DNA from: Clostridiales bacterium
GTDB taxonomy: Bacteria; Bacillota; Clostridia; Oscillospirales; CAG-272
Direction: 5' to 3'
Assembly: GCA_012841635.1 (NCBI GenBank)
Contig: DUUJ01000001.1
Location: forward strand, 159 to 64,158
Length of the DNA: 64,000 nucleotides
Shown: positions 56,272 to 64,000 of the stretch, one piece after another
Layout of the letters: every line of letters starts with the position of its first letter
Position numbering within the stretch: position 1 is the first letter of the stretch
Made by a program: the position numbers and the translations under genes
The notes under the pieces: model-generated
Seen by the model: the letters and a program-made list of their open reading frames with translations, nothing else
Told to the model about the DNA's origin: nothing
Database searches by the model: none

Positions 56272-57245
56272 ACGGCTGACACCCTGCAGAAGACGATATC
56301 GCGTCTTTTATATGTGTAGGTTACAAGAAAATCACTTCCGTCGGCGACTACTGTCGGATAGGAATATTCCCCTTCCCCGTCTTCAAGCGTGATGCCGTCG
56401 TCAAAATTGTCTCCGCCGTCGGAGCTGAACAGCAGCTTCAGAGGGGTGCGCTCGGAAGTTGAAACGGGATTAAGGCAGAGGGCGAGTATGTTTTCCGAAT
56501 TCACGGCGCAGCAGATACCGCTGTTGTTGTTCGGAATTTCGGTGCGATAAGCGGGAGACCAGTCGATGCCGTTTTCGCTGTCGGAGCGGTAAACGGCGCC
56601 CCATGTAGAGCGCATGAAAGCATGAACGCCGCGGCTTTCCCGCCAGAGGGCGGGTTGGATTATGCCGTTGCGCTTCTGCGTTTTAAAGGCTTCTCCGAGT
56701 ATATTGTCATATTTGTAATCGAGCGGTTTTGTGATATGCCAGCTTTTGCCGCCGTCGAAACTGATGTCAAACTCGGTCGTCCAGGCCGTATGCGTTTCGA
56801 CCGATCTCGGACCGATAAGGGTTCCGTCGGGGAGCGGCAGCGGAGGGTTTTTTACCGGACCCCGGCCGCCGGATATATCGCCCGGCACAAGCGGCTGCGG
56901 TTCCGTCCAATTAACTCCGTCAGATGATTCGGCGACGTAAGTCACCCAGCCGGGAATAGTCTTTCCCGCTTTGAACCAGAGGGTGAATTTCCCTCCCAAA
57001 GCCGACAGCACCGGATTCCAGTGCGCTTCCTCGCTTATCTTTATTTTTGTCGGCGGGAGAAATCCTTTATCACCTTTCATCGAAACGAAGATGCCGACGT
57101 CATCCCGGCCTTCCGCGGTGCCGCCGAAAGCCGCGGCGCAGATTCCGGCGCCGGGAAGATAAGCCACGGTCGATGCGTGGCAGCTTTTGAAATATTTATC
57201 CTCGCCGAAAACAAACATTTTTTCGGCAACAGCGAATTTTTTCAT
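56268..57245 (-). CDS. BNR/Asp-box repeat exo-alpha-sialidase-like protein (no signal peptide)
   Basis: Start moved to MKKFAVAEKMFVF. Asp-boxes SSDGVNW, SFDGGKSW, SENGIDW and SSDGGDNF. Confidence 0.7.
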   Translation of the reverse strand: MKKFAVAEKMFVFGEDKYFKSCHASTVAYLPGAGICAAAFGGTAEGRDDVGIFVSMKGDKGFLPPTKIKISEEAHWNPVLSALGGKFTLWFKAGKTIPGWVTYVAESSDGVNWTEPQPLVPGDISGGRGPVKNPPLPLPDGTLIGPRSVETHTAWTTEFDISFDGGKSWHITKPLDYKYDNILGEAFKTQKRNGIIQPALWRESRGVHAFMRSTWGAVYRSDSENGIDWSPAYRTEIPNNNSGICCAVNSENILALCLNPVSTSERTPLKLLFSSDGGDNFDDGITLEDGEGEYSYPTVVADGSDFLVTYTYKRRDIVFCRVSAV

Positions 57246-57368
57246 TATTATATATGTTAATGTCGGCGGCTGACCGCCGGGGCCTCCTTTCATGAGGATT
57301 TTATTATTTTATCACACTTAATTACAAGTTTCAAGCCGTGATTTTTGCGGTAAAGTAAACAAAAAAAG

Positions 57369-57397
57369 CGGCGAAGCTCATTATTCGAGCTTCGCCG
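57369..57397 (-). terminator. intrinsic terminator
   Basis: CGGCGAAGCTC...GAGCTTCGCCG 11-bp hairpin flanked by A and T tracts. Confidence 0.8.
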
Positions 57398-57407
57398 GAA
57401 GTTTTTG

Positions 57408-58277
57408 TCAGCCTTCTACTCGCTTGATGAACTGGATCTTCTGGAACTGGACGTTGCCGCTGTCGGCGGAGGACGGGTCGATGCGGAAGGCATTGAAGAG
57501 TCCTGCCCAGTCGGGGCTCTCGGAGGTATCGAAATCGCAGATCTCGAAGTCTGCGGTGCCGGTTTCGGCTGTAGTTTTAAGTGATGCGGACTCGTTATAT
57601 CCGGTCACGGTATCGGTGAGGAAGAAGAGCTGCATCGAGCCGTCGCTCGCGGTCGACTTGAAATAGAAGCGGATGATGCCTATATCGGCTGCGTTAAGCC
57701 CCATTTTTTTGTCATGATATTCCATATACGGGTCGCCGCCGGTTATGTCGGAGGTGAAGATACCGTTTTCGACTTTGCCGGAAGACATCGAGTGATAACC
57801 CCTGAAATATTTGGCTTCGGGATCGGTAAAGGCGATTTCTTTTATAATCTGTTCTTCATAAACCGAAATCTCGGTCTCGGCGGTAATGCCGTCGGACGTT
57901 GTGACGGTTATGGTCGCTTTGCCGAGGGCAACGCCCTTTATCACAATCGCAGCTTTTCCGTCATCGCCGGGAGTGGCCGATGCGGCCGCTGCGGCAGCTA
58001 CGTTCTCATCGGATGAAGCGATTGTCAGGGCGGCGTCCTTGGACGGATCTATCTTGAGGCGGGCGGTTATCTCTCCCTCGGCTCCGGCAAGGATCTTAAT
58101 TGCTTTGTTAACTTTAAGCTCGGTTTCGATCGGCGGTTCGGTTTCTTCCACCGTAGTGGTTTCGGCTGCCGTGGTTTCCTCGGCTGCGGTCTCCGCCGCT
58201 TCCTCTCCGCAGGCAAGCAGTACTGTCAGCAGCAGCAAAACGGATAAAACAAGAGCAAGCAATTTAAAAGATTTCAT
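57408..58277 (-). CDS. lipoprotein with Ig-like (Big_2-type) domain and C-terminal beta-sandwich domain
   Basis: Lipobox LLACGEE; LTIASSDENVA...GKATITVTTSDGITAETEISV is Big_2-like. Confidence 0.6.
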   Translation of the reverse strand: MKSFKLLALVLSVLLLLTVLLACGEEAAETAAEETTAAETTTVEETEPPIETELKVNKAIKILAGAEGEITARLKIDPSKDAALTIASSDENVAAAAAASATPGDDGKAAIVIKGVALGKATITVTTSDGITAETEISVYEEQIIKEIAFTDPEAKYFRGYHSMSSGKVENGIFTSDITGGDPYMEYHDKKMGLNAADIGIIRFYFKSTASDGSMQLFFLTDTVTGYNESASLKTTAETGTADFEICDFDTSESPDWAGLFNAFRIDPSSADSGNVQFQKIQFIKRVEG

Positions 58278-58399
58278 ATCGTTACCCCTTTCAAATATTA
58301 TTATTGTTATTGTTTTCGCCGGTACAGATATAGTATACCATATTTTCGCACAAATGCAAGGGTTTCGGCGATTTTTTCGGAATTTTTATAAAAATGTCT

Positions 58400-59185
58400 T
58401 CATGAACGGAAGAGCGCGTCGTTCATATTATCCGCTTCAATCTCATAGGTGCGGCCGTCGATTATCTTCATGTAAGGCTTTGTAGCCGTATACGGCAGCT
58501 GATGCCGCTCGACAAGCTCCACCCGGAACCGGATCGGCTTGTCATAAACGACCGGTTTTATCTTGTCGGCGTTTTTATACGCTTCGTATGCGGTGTCTTC
58601 GATCAGCTTATGCGCCTTTGCAAGCGGCAGCAGCATTCCGCCGAAGGAAGTGACGCCCTTTTTGACTTCGGCGCAGTATACGCCGGGGATAAGCGCTCTC
58701 GCCTCCGCGCAGACTTTGTCGTCGCCGGAGACCATTATCACCGGCTTACCGAAATCGCCGGCGATGCCGGCGTCGATTGCGGTTTCTCCCGCCTTTTGTC
58801 CGTTTATCCAATAATTTTGAATAGATGAACTCGACATGCTATGCTCAAGGATCGCAGACGGCGTTCCCGCCATCGCGTGATAACCGAGCAGTATTACCGC
58901 TCCGCAGTCGTCAAGGCTTAAAAAGCGCTCCTGACCGGTTGCCCCGAGGATCAAATAATCAACATCGTCGGATATCTGATCCTGAAGCAGCGTATAGCTG
59001 CCGCCGTGGCAGTCGCGGACATAGACTTTTTCCGCGCCGGCGCGCTTCAGTCCGCGGACGCAGGCGTTGATATCCGCCGTCATGAAGGCGCGTCCCTCGG
59101 AAAATCTCCGCTCTCCGGGTATTACTTGATCGGTCGAGTAAATTCCGCTGATTCCCTCAAGGTCTGTCATTATAAGTACGTTCAT
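58400..59185 (-). CDS. M55 family D-aminopeptidase (DppA-like)
   Basis: Start moved to MNVLIMTDLEGISGI (DppA N-terminal motif) with an AAAAGGAG RBS. Confidence 0.75.
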   Translation of the reverse strand: MNVLIMTDLEGISGIYSTDQVIPGERRFSEGRAFMTADINACVRGLKRAGAEKVYVRDCHGGSYTLLQDQISDDVDYLILGATGQERFLSLDDCGAVILLGYHAMAGTPSAILEHSMSSSSIQNYWINGQKAGETAIDAGIAGDFGKPVIMVSGDDKVCAEARALIPGVYCAEVKKGVTSFGGMLLPLAKAHKLIEDTAYEAYKNADKIKPVVYDKPIRFRVELVERHQLPYTATKPYMKIIDGRTYEIEADNMNDALFRS

Positions 59186-59475
59186 TGTCCGGCTCCTTTT
59201 TATCAAATTATCAAAAACTAATAACTCTGAAAAAGACGGCAGAGTATGCTGTCCCGTGTATATTATATCATTTTGAGAGACAAAGCGCAAGCCGTAAAAC
59301 TATAATCATATATCGAAAATATTGATTTTATGAGATTCCTGCTTTTCCCGCAGAGATGTTTTTTGTCGGATCCGATTTAAAATATCAAAAATTTTGGTTG
59401 CATTCGACAACTATATATGATATACTATGGTATAATAATTTAATACGAACAAATTTGTCCGAGGTATACAACATA

Positions 59476-60423
59476 ATGTTTCAGGAAAAAATAAAACCTT
59501 TCTGCGACGCTTTAAACGCGAGCGTCGGCTCCGTTATTTTCGGTAAAGACAGTCAGATCCGGCTTGTAACGACGGCGCTCATCTGCTCCGGGCACGTGCT
59601 GCTCGACGACATTCCCGGAACCGGAAAAACATCCCTTGCCAAGGCGCTTGCAAAGTCGCTCGACTGCTCTTTCAAGCGTATCCAGTTTACTCCCGACCTG
59701 CTTCCCTCCGACGTTACCGGCATCAACTTTTTCAACCAGAAAGAGCAGGAATTCCGGTTCAGAGAGGGACCGATTTTCACCGACATCCTGCTTGCCGATG
59801 AAATAAACCGAACCACCCCGCGCACTCAGTCGGCTCTTTTAGAAGCGATGGAAGAGCGGCAGGCGACTATTGACGGGGTGTCTTATCCCCTCTCCGACAG
59901 CTTTTTCGTAATAGCTACCCAGAACCCGGTTGAGTCGACGGGCGTTTTCCCGCTGCCTCAGGCTCAGATCGACCGATTCCTGATGCGGCTGACGCTGGGA
60001 TATCCGGATAAGGCGGAGGAAAAAAGAATTCTCGACGAATACCGGACGCAAAGTCCTCTCGATGATATAAAACCCGTCGCTTCAAAAAACGAACTTAACG
60101 AAGCCCGCGCGGCGGTAAGACAGATAACCGTCTCGGAAAGCATAAAGAATTACATCGTTTCCCTTGCAAACGCAACGAGAAGCGCGGAAAGCGTGCGGAT
60201 AGGCGTCTCCCCCCGCGGCTCGCTTATGCTGATGCGTGCGGCGCAGGCTTACGCCGGGAGCAGCGGCCGCGACTACGTCATTCCCGACGACATCAAGGCG
60301 GTCGCCCGCGCAGTCTGGGCGCACAGAATAGTCCCGCGCTCGCAGAATACGATAAGGATGGCCGATTCCGGGGCAAACATTATAGATTATATCCTCGATT
60401 CGACCCCCGCGCCCATAGAATAA
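59476..60423 (+). CDS. MoxR family AAA+ ATPase
   Basis: Start moved to the ATG at 59476. Walker A DIPGTGKTSLAKALA, Walker B LLADEINR, VIATQNP sensor region. Confidence 0.9.
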   Translation: MFQEKIKPFCDALNASVGSVIFGKDSQIRLVTTALICSGHVLLDDIPGTGKTSLAKALAKSLDCSFKRIQFTPDLLPSDVTGINFFNQKEQEFRFREGPIFTDILLADEINRTTPRTQSALLEAMEERQATIDGVSYPLSDSFFVIATQNPVESTGVFPLPQAQIDRFLMRLTLGYPDKAEEKRILDEYRTQSPLDDIKPVASKNELNEARAAVRQITVSESIKNYIVSLANATRSAESVRIGVSPRGSLMLMRAAQAYAGSSGRDYVIPDDIKAVARAVWAHRIVPRSQNTIRMADSGANIIDYILDSTPAPIE

Positions 60424-60424
60424 C

Positions 60425-61618
60425 ATGTATTTTATCGCTCTTTGCATGGCGCTGCTGATAGTCTTTTTCCTGCAGCGGCATATCTATCGAAAATACATTT
60501 TTGCCGGGATGAATTACAGGGTGACCGTAAGCGCGGAGGAAGTGTTTGAAGGCGACGACGTATATATCTACGAAGAGCTCTCAAACGACAAGGCGCTGCC
60601 GGTGCCGAACGCCAAAGTCGAAGCGCAGATTCCCGACGGGCTGGCGCTCCGGCTGCTGACCGACGACGGCGGAGAACAGCTCTGCCGCTCGGTGCAGTCG
60701 ATCTTTGTTTTAGGCTCTCACCGGGTGATAAAGAGACGCTGGAGAATAAAATGCCTCCGCCGCGGGGTGTATAATTTCGGCTCGGCGCTCGTCGTAACTA
60801 ACGATCTTTTCGGCATGGATACAAAGTCTAAACGCCTTATCGACGAGCCGGCGGCGCACAACCGGGTAGTGGTGCTGCCAAAGATAGTCAGAATCAGCGA
60901 AGAGATGACCCCCTCCCTCTGGCTTACCGGCGGAAAAAACACGATGCGCTCGATACATACCGACCCGCTGATGATAGCCGGTTCCCGCGAATATACCCTC
61001 GAAGACCCGATGAACCGGATCAACTGGAAATCCACCGCCGTCCACAATCAGCTGATGGTAAACATCGAGGAATTCACCCGCCGCGGGCAGTTCAATTTAG
61101 TGCTGAACATGCAGTCGCGCTCTCCGGAGAAAGATCCGACCACCCCCGCTTCTCCCGATCATATCGAGCGGTGCATTACCGCCGCCGCTTCTCTTATCGA
61201 CCATGTCGCGGACGAGGATTCCCCGCTGCGGCTTTACATCAACACGCCTCCCGAGTCGATCGAAGCCGCTTACATCGAAGAAAATCAGACCGACGACCTG
61301 AATGCGAAACGTATCGTCGTGACTCGGCTTTATCACGGAAAGCGCGATTTTATCGACGCCCTGAGGCTGCTTGCCGACATTAAAATGCAAATATCCGTCA
61401 CGACGGAACAGCTTATGGATACAATCGCCGCTGCCGCCGATTATTACTGCGGCGGGGGAGATCTTATCATGGTCTCGTCATATATCGACGCAAGGATGCT
61501 GAATTTCCGGGATATCATGAAAAGTTCCGGCGTGAATGTCATATTCATGCTGACGACGACATATACACCGCTCTCGCAGCATCAGCTGAGGGACGCAGAG
61601 ATTCATTACATGCCATGA
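60425..61618 (+). CDS. DUF58 domain protein (MoxR partner)
   Basis: N-terminal TM segment; the REYTLEDPMNRINWKSTA motif is typical of DUF58; adjacent to MoxR. Confidence 0.8.
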   Translation: MYFIALCMALLIVFFLQRHIYRKYIFAGMNYRVTVSAEEVFEGDDVYIYEELSNDKALPVPNAKVEAQIPDGLALRLLTDDGGEQLCRSVQSIFVLGSHRVIKRRWRIKCLRRGVYNFGSALVVTNDLFGMDTKSKRLIDEPAAHNRVVVLPKIVRISEEMTPSLWLTGGKNTMRSIHTDPLMIAGSREYTLEDPMNRINWKSTAVHNQLMVNIEEFTRRGQFNLVLNMQSRSPEKDPTTPASPDHIERCITAAASLIDHVADEDSPLRLYINTPPESIEAAYIEENQTDDLNAKRIVVTRLYHGKRDFIDALRLLADIKMQISVTTEQLMDTIAAAADYYCGGGDLIMVSSYIDARMLNFRDIMKSSGVNVIFMLTTTYTPLSQHQLRDAEIHYMP

Positions 61619-63168
61619 AAAACGCAGTCAATTCAATTTTCAAAAGCGGAAACCGGCGGCTGTCGGGCAGCTTTTCGGCGCTTTACAAGGCGCTTGCCGT
61701 CGCGGCGGTTTTATGTTCGGTGCTGCCTCTGCTTGAGACGATTACCACAAGATCGCTCGGACTGCCGAAGATAACCGCGGTCATTTTCGCCGTCCTCTTC
61801 TGTACAATCGGTTATTCGATCATGCATTTTTACGCCCGGATAACGAAACTTGAGCAGCAGGAGACGGATTTTTCATACGAAGGCCATGTAAAATTCTTCG
61901 ACCTCAAATCGGCGGCGCTGCCGCTCGCGGTTTCGGTATTGCCGATACTTCCCGTTTATTCGCTCTGCAATTCATATATGCGAATGAGATATGAAACCGG
62001 AATCGACAGATATTTTGACGCAAACTCCGCCTGGCCGATTTTCCTTACCCTTCTTGCCTTTGCTTTCTGCGCTTTGGGTATATTTCTCTGGTTCTTTCCT
62101 TATTACAGGATAATAAGCGCCCGCACCTTCTTCTGGCTGCTCGCGCCGCTCGGCATCGGATTTGCCGCAAGCTTTGAAGATACCGGTTTTCTTACCGTCT
62201 GCGCCGCATTCTATCTGTTTTTCGCCTTTATTGTAATAAACCAGTCCGAACTTATTCAGTCGGTGGTTCTGGCCGACTCGGCAACCCGCGGCAAATTAAG
62301 CGACAGAAACACAAAAGGGCTTGCCCCCGACCGCTTATTCGGAGTTGTAACGCCGGCGATGCGGCTTTACAACATCGCCCTGCTGCTGCTTACATCGGCT
62401 GCCATCGCGGCTGTGCTTTTCCTCTGCGTTACCGTTGTCGTCGGTTTTACCTCTCTTATGCGGCTTTTGCTGTTTGTTATCCTGAGCGCTGTTTTCAAGG
62501 ACGCCGACGAAGGCTATTACGAGGCTGAAGAAGCCGCCGAAAAAGCCGAGAGATTCGCTTTCAATCCTATGATATACAACCTTAACAGCGAAACCGAGAC
62601 AAAGGCTTATTTCTGGGTTTTCGTTCTGTTATGCATCGGCGTTATGGCATTCTTTATAATTGCCGCACGCAGGGGGCTGTTTAAAAAGATCGGGCAGTTT
62701 TTCACCGCGCTGTATAGGTTGATATTAAATTTTATCACCATGCTTTTCAATCTCCGCCACAAACCCAAGGAAAAAGCTCCTCAGCCGCAGAATATCGGTT
62801 ATCAGGACATCGAAAGCGAGATTGACGAAGACGAATCGAGGAGAAGAAAGCTGGCAGCAACCCCCGAAGACATCAGCTATCGCGGATTTTTGCGGCGGAT
62901 AAATTCGGTAAAAGACTTGGGCGAGCGGTTCTGCCGCGCATACGCGGAACTTGCCGCCGCCTGGCGGCGGACGGGATACGGACTGCATCCCGGCGATTCG
63001 CCGCGTCAGCTCCGAAGGAGCGTCGAGGAGAAGACAACCGTCGCCGGTCTCGGTGAAATTACAGAACTTTACGAGCGGACCCGCTACGGCGAAATAGCTC
63101 CCGACGAAAAGGAAGCCGCCGCAAAAACCGACGAAATAAGCGGCATAATGAGAAAATACGCCGAATAA
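61615..63168 (+). CDS. polytopic membrane protein with C-terminal DUF4129-like domain
   Basis: Multiple TM segments. The C-terminal ...FCRAYAELAAAWRRTGYGLHPGDSPRQL...LYERTRYGE matches the DUF4129 pattern. Third member of the MoxR/DUF58 triad. Confidence 0.65.
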   Translation: MKNAVNSIFKSGNRRLSGSFSALYKALAVAAVLCSVLPLLETITTRSLGLPKITAVIFAVLFCTIGYSIMHFYARITKLEQQETDFSYEGHVKFFDLKSAALPLAVSVLPILPVYSLCNSYMRMRYETGIDRYFDANSAWPIFLTLLAFAFCALGIFLWFFPYYRIISARTFFWLLAPLGIGFAASFEDTGFLTVCAAFYLFFAFIVINQSELIQSVVLADSATRGKLSDRNTKGLAPDRLFGVVTPAMRLYNIALLLLTSAAIAAVLFLCVTVVVGFTSLMRLLLFVILSAVFKDADEGYYEAEEAAEKAERFAFNPMIYNLNSETETKAYFWVFVLLCIGVMAFFIIAARRGLFKKIGQFFTALYRLILNFITMLFNLRHKPKEKAPQPQNIGYQDIESEIDEDESRRRKLAATPEDISYRGFLRRINSVKDLGERFCRAYAELAAAWRRTGYGLHPGDSPRQLRRSVEEKTTVAGLGEITELYERTRYGEIAPDEKEAAAKTDEISGIMRKYAE

Positions 63169-63195
63169 AAACCATATCTGACGAAGGAAAATATC

Positions 63196-63969
63196 ATGTT
63201 CACTCCGGGAATAGTATCGGTTACTTTCAGAGAACTTTCAATAGATAAAATAATCTGCCTCTGCCGTGAAAACGGCCTTCTTGCGATCGAAGTCGGCGGA
63301 GATGTGCATCTGCGCCCGGGAGATCTGCGGGAGGCGGAGAGGATATCCGCACTATGCCGCGACGCGGGGGTACTGCCTGTCTCTTACGGCTCATACTGCC
63401 GATGCGAAGAAAATTCGGGAGCGGAAGATGTGATTGATACCGCCGCCGCCCTCGGCGCTTCGAATATCCGCATCTGGGCGGGAAATATCGGCTCTGCCGC
63501 CTTATCCGGGGATCTTAACCTGAGAAATCGGGCGAATGTCGCTGCCGCCGCGAGGAATTTCTGCCGCGCCGCGGCAAAAAAAGAAATGAGCGTTTCCTTC
63601 GAGTGGCATCAGAATACCCTGACCGACACCCTTGATTCAGCGCTGCGGATTGTCGAAGAAATAAACGAACCGAACCTTTCCCTTTACTGGCAGCCGAACC
63701 AGTTCAGGGAATTTGAAACGAATATTTTTGAGCTTACGGCTGCCCTGCCATATGTCAGCAATGTTCATGTATTTGCATGGCGCGGCAATGACAAATTCCC
63801 TCTCTGCGAGCAGGCGGCGGAATGGGAAAGCTATCTTTCCGTCCTTTCGTCCGACGGCAGAGAGCGGGCGCTGCTGCTGGAATTCATGCCGAACGGCAAA
63901 CCGGAAGAGCTTGTCCGCGAAGCCGCGGCGCTTAAGTCGCTGATAGAAGGAACAAGCTGCAAATCCTGA
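63196..63969 (+). CDS. sugar phosphate isomerase/epimerase (xylose-isomerase-like TIM barrel)
   Basis: 257 aa with the IEVGGD...IRIWAG...FEWH...LLLEF pattern of AP_endonuc_2-fold proteins. Confidence 0.65.
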   Translation: MFTPGIVSVTFRELSIDKIICLCRENGLLAIEVGGDVHLRPGDLREAERISALCRDAGVLPVSYGSYCRCEENSGAEDVIDTAAALGASNIRIWAGNIGSAALSGDLNLRNRANVAAAARNFCRAAAKKEMSVSFEWHQNTLTDTLDSALRIVEEINEPNLSLYWQPNQFREFETNIFELTAALPYVSNVHVFAWRGNDKFPLCEQAAEWESYLSVLSSDGRERALLLEFMPNGKPEELVREAAALKSLIEGTSCKS

Positions 63970-64000
63970 AGCGATAACATCGGCTTATGTTAATTTTTCA

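Noticed and set aside
1-64000. Searched for CRISPR arrays, tRNA/rRNA genes, integrases/transposases, toxin-antitoxin pairs and defence genes
   Set aside because: I saw no regularly spaced direct repeats, cloverleaf-like tRNA sequences, rRNA signatures, recombinase motifs or nuclease/helicase defence-type ORFs in any frame.

Overview
About 60 genes from the chromosome of a Gram-positive anaerobe. It looks Clostridia-like on the evidence of a SCIFF peptide/maturase pair, a T-box leader, an SLH protein and many CUT1/Lpl-type sugar ABC components. It is not an obvious phage, plasmid or defence island. Housekeeping blocks: a T-box-controlled Na+/solute symporter followed by tyrS; aroB-aroA-aroC-chorismate mutase; and yajC followed by the ranthipeptide pair scfA/scfB. 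Most of the rest is glycan utilisation: GH95, GH27, a GH20-like fragment, a CE15-like esterase, a sulfotransferase, several xylose-isomerase-like TIM-barrel genes, a BNR sialidase-like protein and an SLH/CBM9 cell-surface pair. There are also four orphan ~500-aa lipoprotein solute-binding proteins (SBPs) arranged as two tandem duplications. The most unusual region is 31.4-44.4 kb on the minus strand. It holds a seven-gene operon encoding a ~990-aa SBP fused to CBM-like modules, two separate permease pairs, an NHL-TPR-Yip1 membrane protein and a 1036-aa secreted protein of unknown function, with no ATPase. A sigma70-like promoter and a ~600-nt ORF-free, GC-rich, hairpin-dense leader precede it. 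I could not assign the leader to any RNA family I know, and it is my top candidate for something undescribed. Other notable items: an rlmA-like methyltransferase gene split by an AT-rich ~1-kb insertion carrying a DUF998-like membrane gene; a duplicated rlmA 5' remnant that marks one duplication boundary; an ABC-2/GldG/DUF4340 operon whose ATPase has a long acidic tail; and a MoxR-DUF58-DUF4129 triad. I saw no CRISPR arrays, rRNA/tRNA genes, transposases or integrases.
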